Source: Eledone cirrhosa (lineage: Eukaryota). Taken from it: 64,000 bases of DNA. How positions within the stretch are numbered: the first letter of the stretch is position 1; the number at the start of each line of letters is the position of its first letter. Location of the stretch: the NCBI GenBank assembly GCA_964016885.1, contig OZ024744.1, positions 113,026,001 through 113,090,000 on the forward strand, given 5' to 3'. Shown here piece after piece: positions 62,927-64,000 of the stretch. The notes beneath the pieces were generated by a model that made no database searches, was not told where the DNA came from, and saw only the letters and a list, made by a program, of their open reading frames with translations. Made by a program: the position numbers and the translations under genes.

Positions 62927-64000
62927 TGTAGTAAGATGCCTTTCGCCTCCCTGTCGGATAATGGACCAGGCCTAGTTGTCTCCCCCTGGTTGAGAACACT
63001 ATTTAAGTAAGCAGCAGTATTAGTTTCTCAGACAAGCCACGGAGACAGCAAACAGCCTTTGGACCACGAGATCACACAGATGTCAATACACTGAACTCCT
63101 ATGCCGAAGCCACAAGAATAGTGTTGGCCGAGCACTGGTTCATAACTGATTTCACTTTACTGGTCCCGTCACATTGGTGACCCAGACGTGGGCGTTACAT
63201 TGGTGACCCACGACAACTGTAATACGTTGCCTTCATTTCAACTGATCACGTCTATATTGGTATGTTGTTTCATTTGTAATATAACAAACACATAATAGAC
63301 AAAATAAACATCATCCTTATTTACATTGTTGAATAGAACTCTCGTTGTGGGTATTATCTTGTCTACACACACACCCACTCACTTATTATAATTCTATGGA
63401 GTACCTATCCTCTCACTTACGAAAATGGTAAATAGACGAGGGACTTTCCCTCACGTCTATATTGATAAACTATCCAACAGGGATTCTTCATTACCATACT
63501 GGTGACCCCGGCGTGATTTGAACACGCAGCCTTCTGTTCATTTGAACTTAAATATTTCACTGTTATTACCACGTTGCCAACCTTTTCGCAACTTACAAAA
63601 ATACACAAAAAAAAAAAAGACAGAGAAATAATAATGTGTTTATACGGTATTGACAAAGTATACAAAACACCAGCCCAAAATTTTTCAAATATGGCGTTGC
63701 TTTTCTCCTCCGTTTTGCAATTTTCCCGCCAGGACAGGGACATTTTGAATTGCTTGTGTGTGTTCCATATTTGATCAAGAGAAAAACTGTTTTTGTGAAC
63801 ATTACTGCCCCGCTGGGGATATACATGCCTTACTTTTTTTCTAAGGGACTTTTAGCCACAGGCTACCTATTGTTGATATCCAACGTGGATATATTCTAAA
63901 ACAAACATTTTTTTTTCTCTTTTTCTCGGGTTATATGATTTGGCTGGCCCGTTGAAGCAACACAAGGGGACAGACGTTGAAGGAAAATTTTTTTTTTTTT
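62927..64000 (+). mobile_element. 5' end of another LTR retrotransposon (LTR 62927-63173, tRNA-Trp PBS)
   Basis: TGTAGT...GTCACA followed by TGGTGACCCAGACGTG; the leader runs to the window end. Confidence 0.7.

Noticed and set aside
59989-62999. Long YI/IY/MY-rich ORFs here and throughout the window
   Set aside because: Translations of stop-free (TA)n/(CA)n microsatellites.
63500-63536. tRNA-Trp gene
   Set aside because: Only the 3' half is present, with encoded CCA, inside an LTR leader; treated as a PBS. SINE heads were likewise not called tRNAs.

Overview
AT-rich, microsatellite-dense eukaryotic genomic DNA. The SINE/LINE complement and (TA)n density suggest an octopod cephalopod; this is inference. 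The only host gene is the 3' part of a Jagged/Serrate Notch-ligand gene on the + strand: five coding exons at 906-16516 encoding the VWC domain, juxtamembrane region, TM helix and intracellular tail. The rest is repeats: RTE LINEs, an R4/Dong-like remnant, two tRNA-derived SINE families, Penelope-like elements (PLEs), three Gypsy-type LTR pieces, a mariner derivative, Helentron/HINE-like elements and many minisatellites. The most striking signal is a dense set of minimal type-I hammerhead ribozyme motifs. About six loci look intact by eye, with several more variant or degenerate copies. Most lie in short fold-back (palindromic) non-coding elements embedded in (TA)n tracts or at PLE ends, and three lie in sense orientation in Jagged introns. 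Other oddities are an LTR element ending in an inverted U3 copy with a clean TSD, tandem and extended tRNA-Trp primer-binding sites, and minisatellites born from retroelement coding motifs. All structures were read by eye; no alignment or folding software was run.
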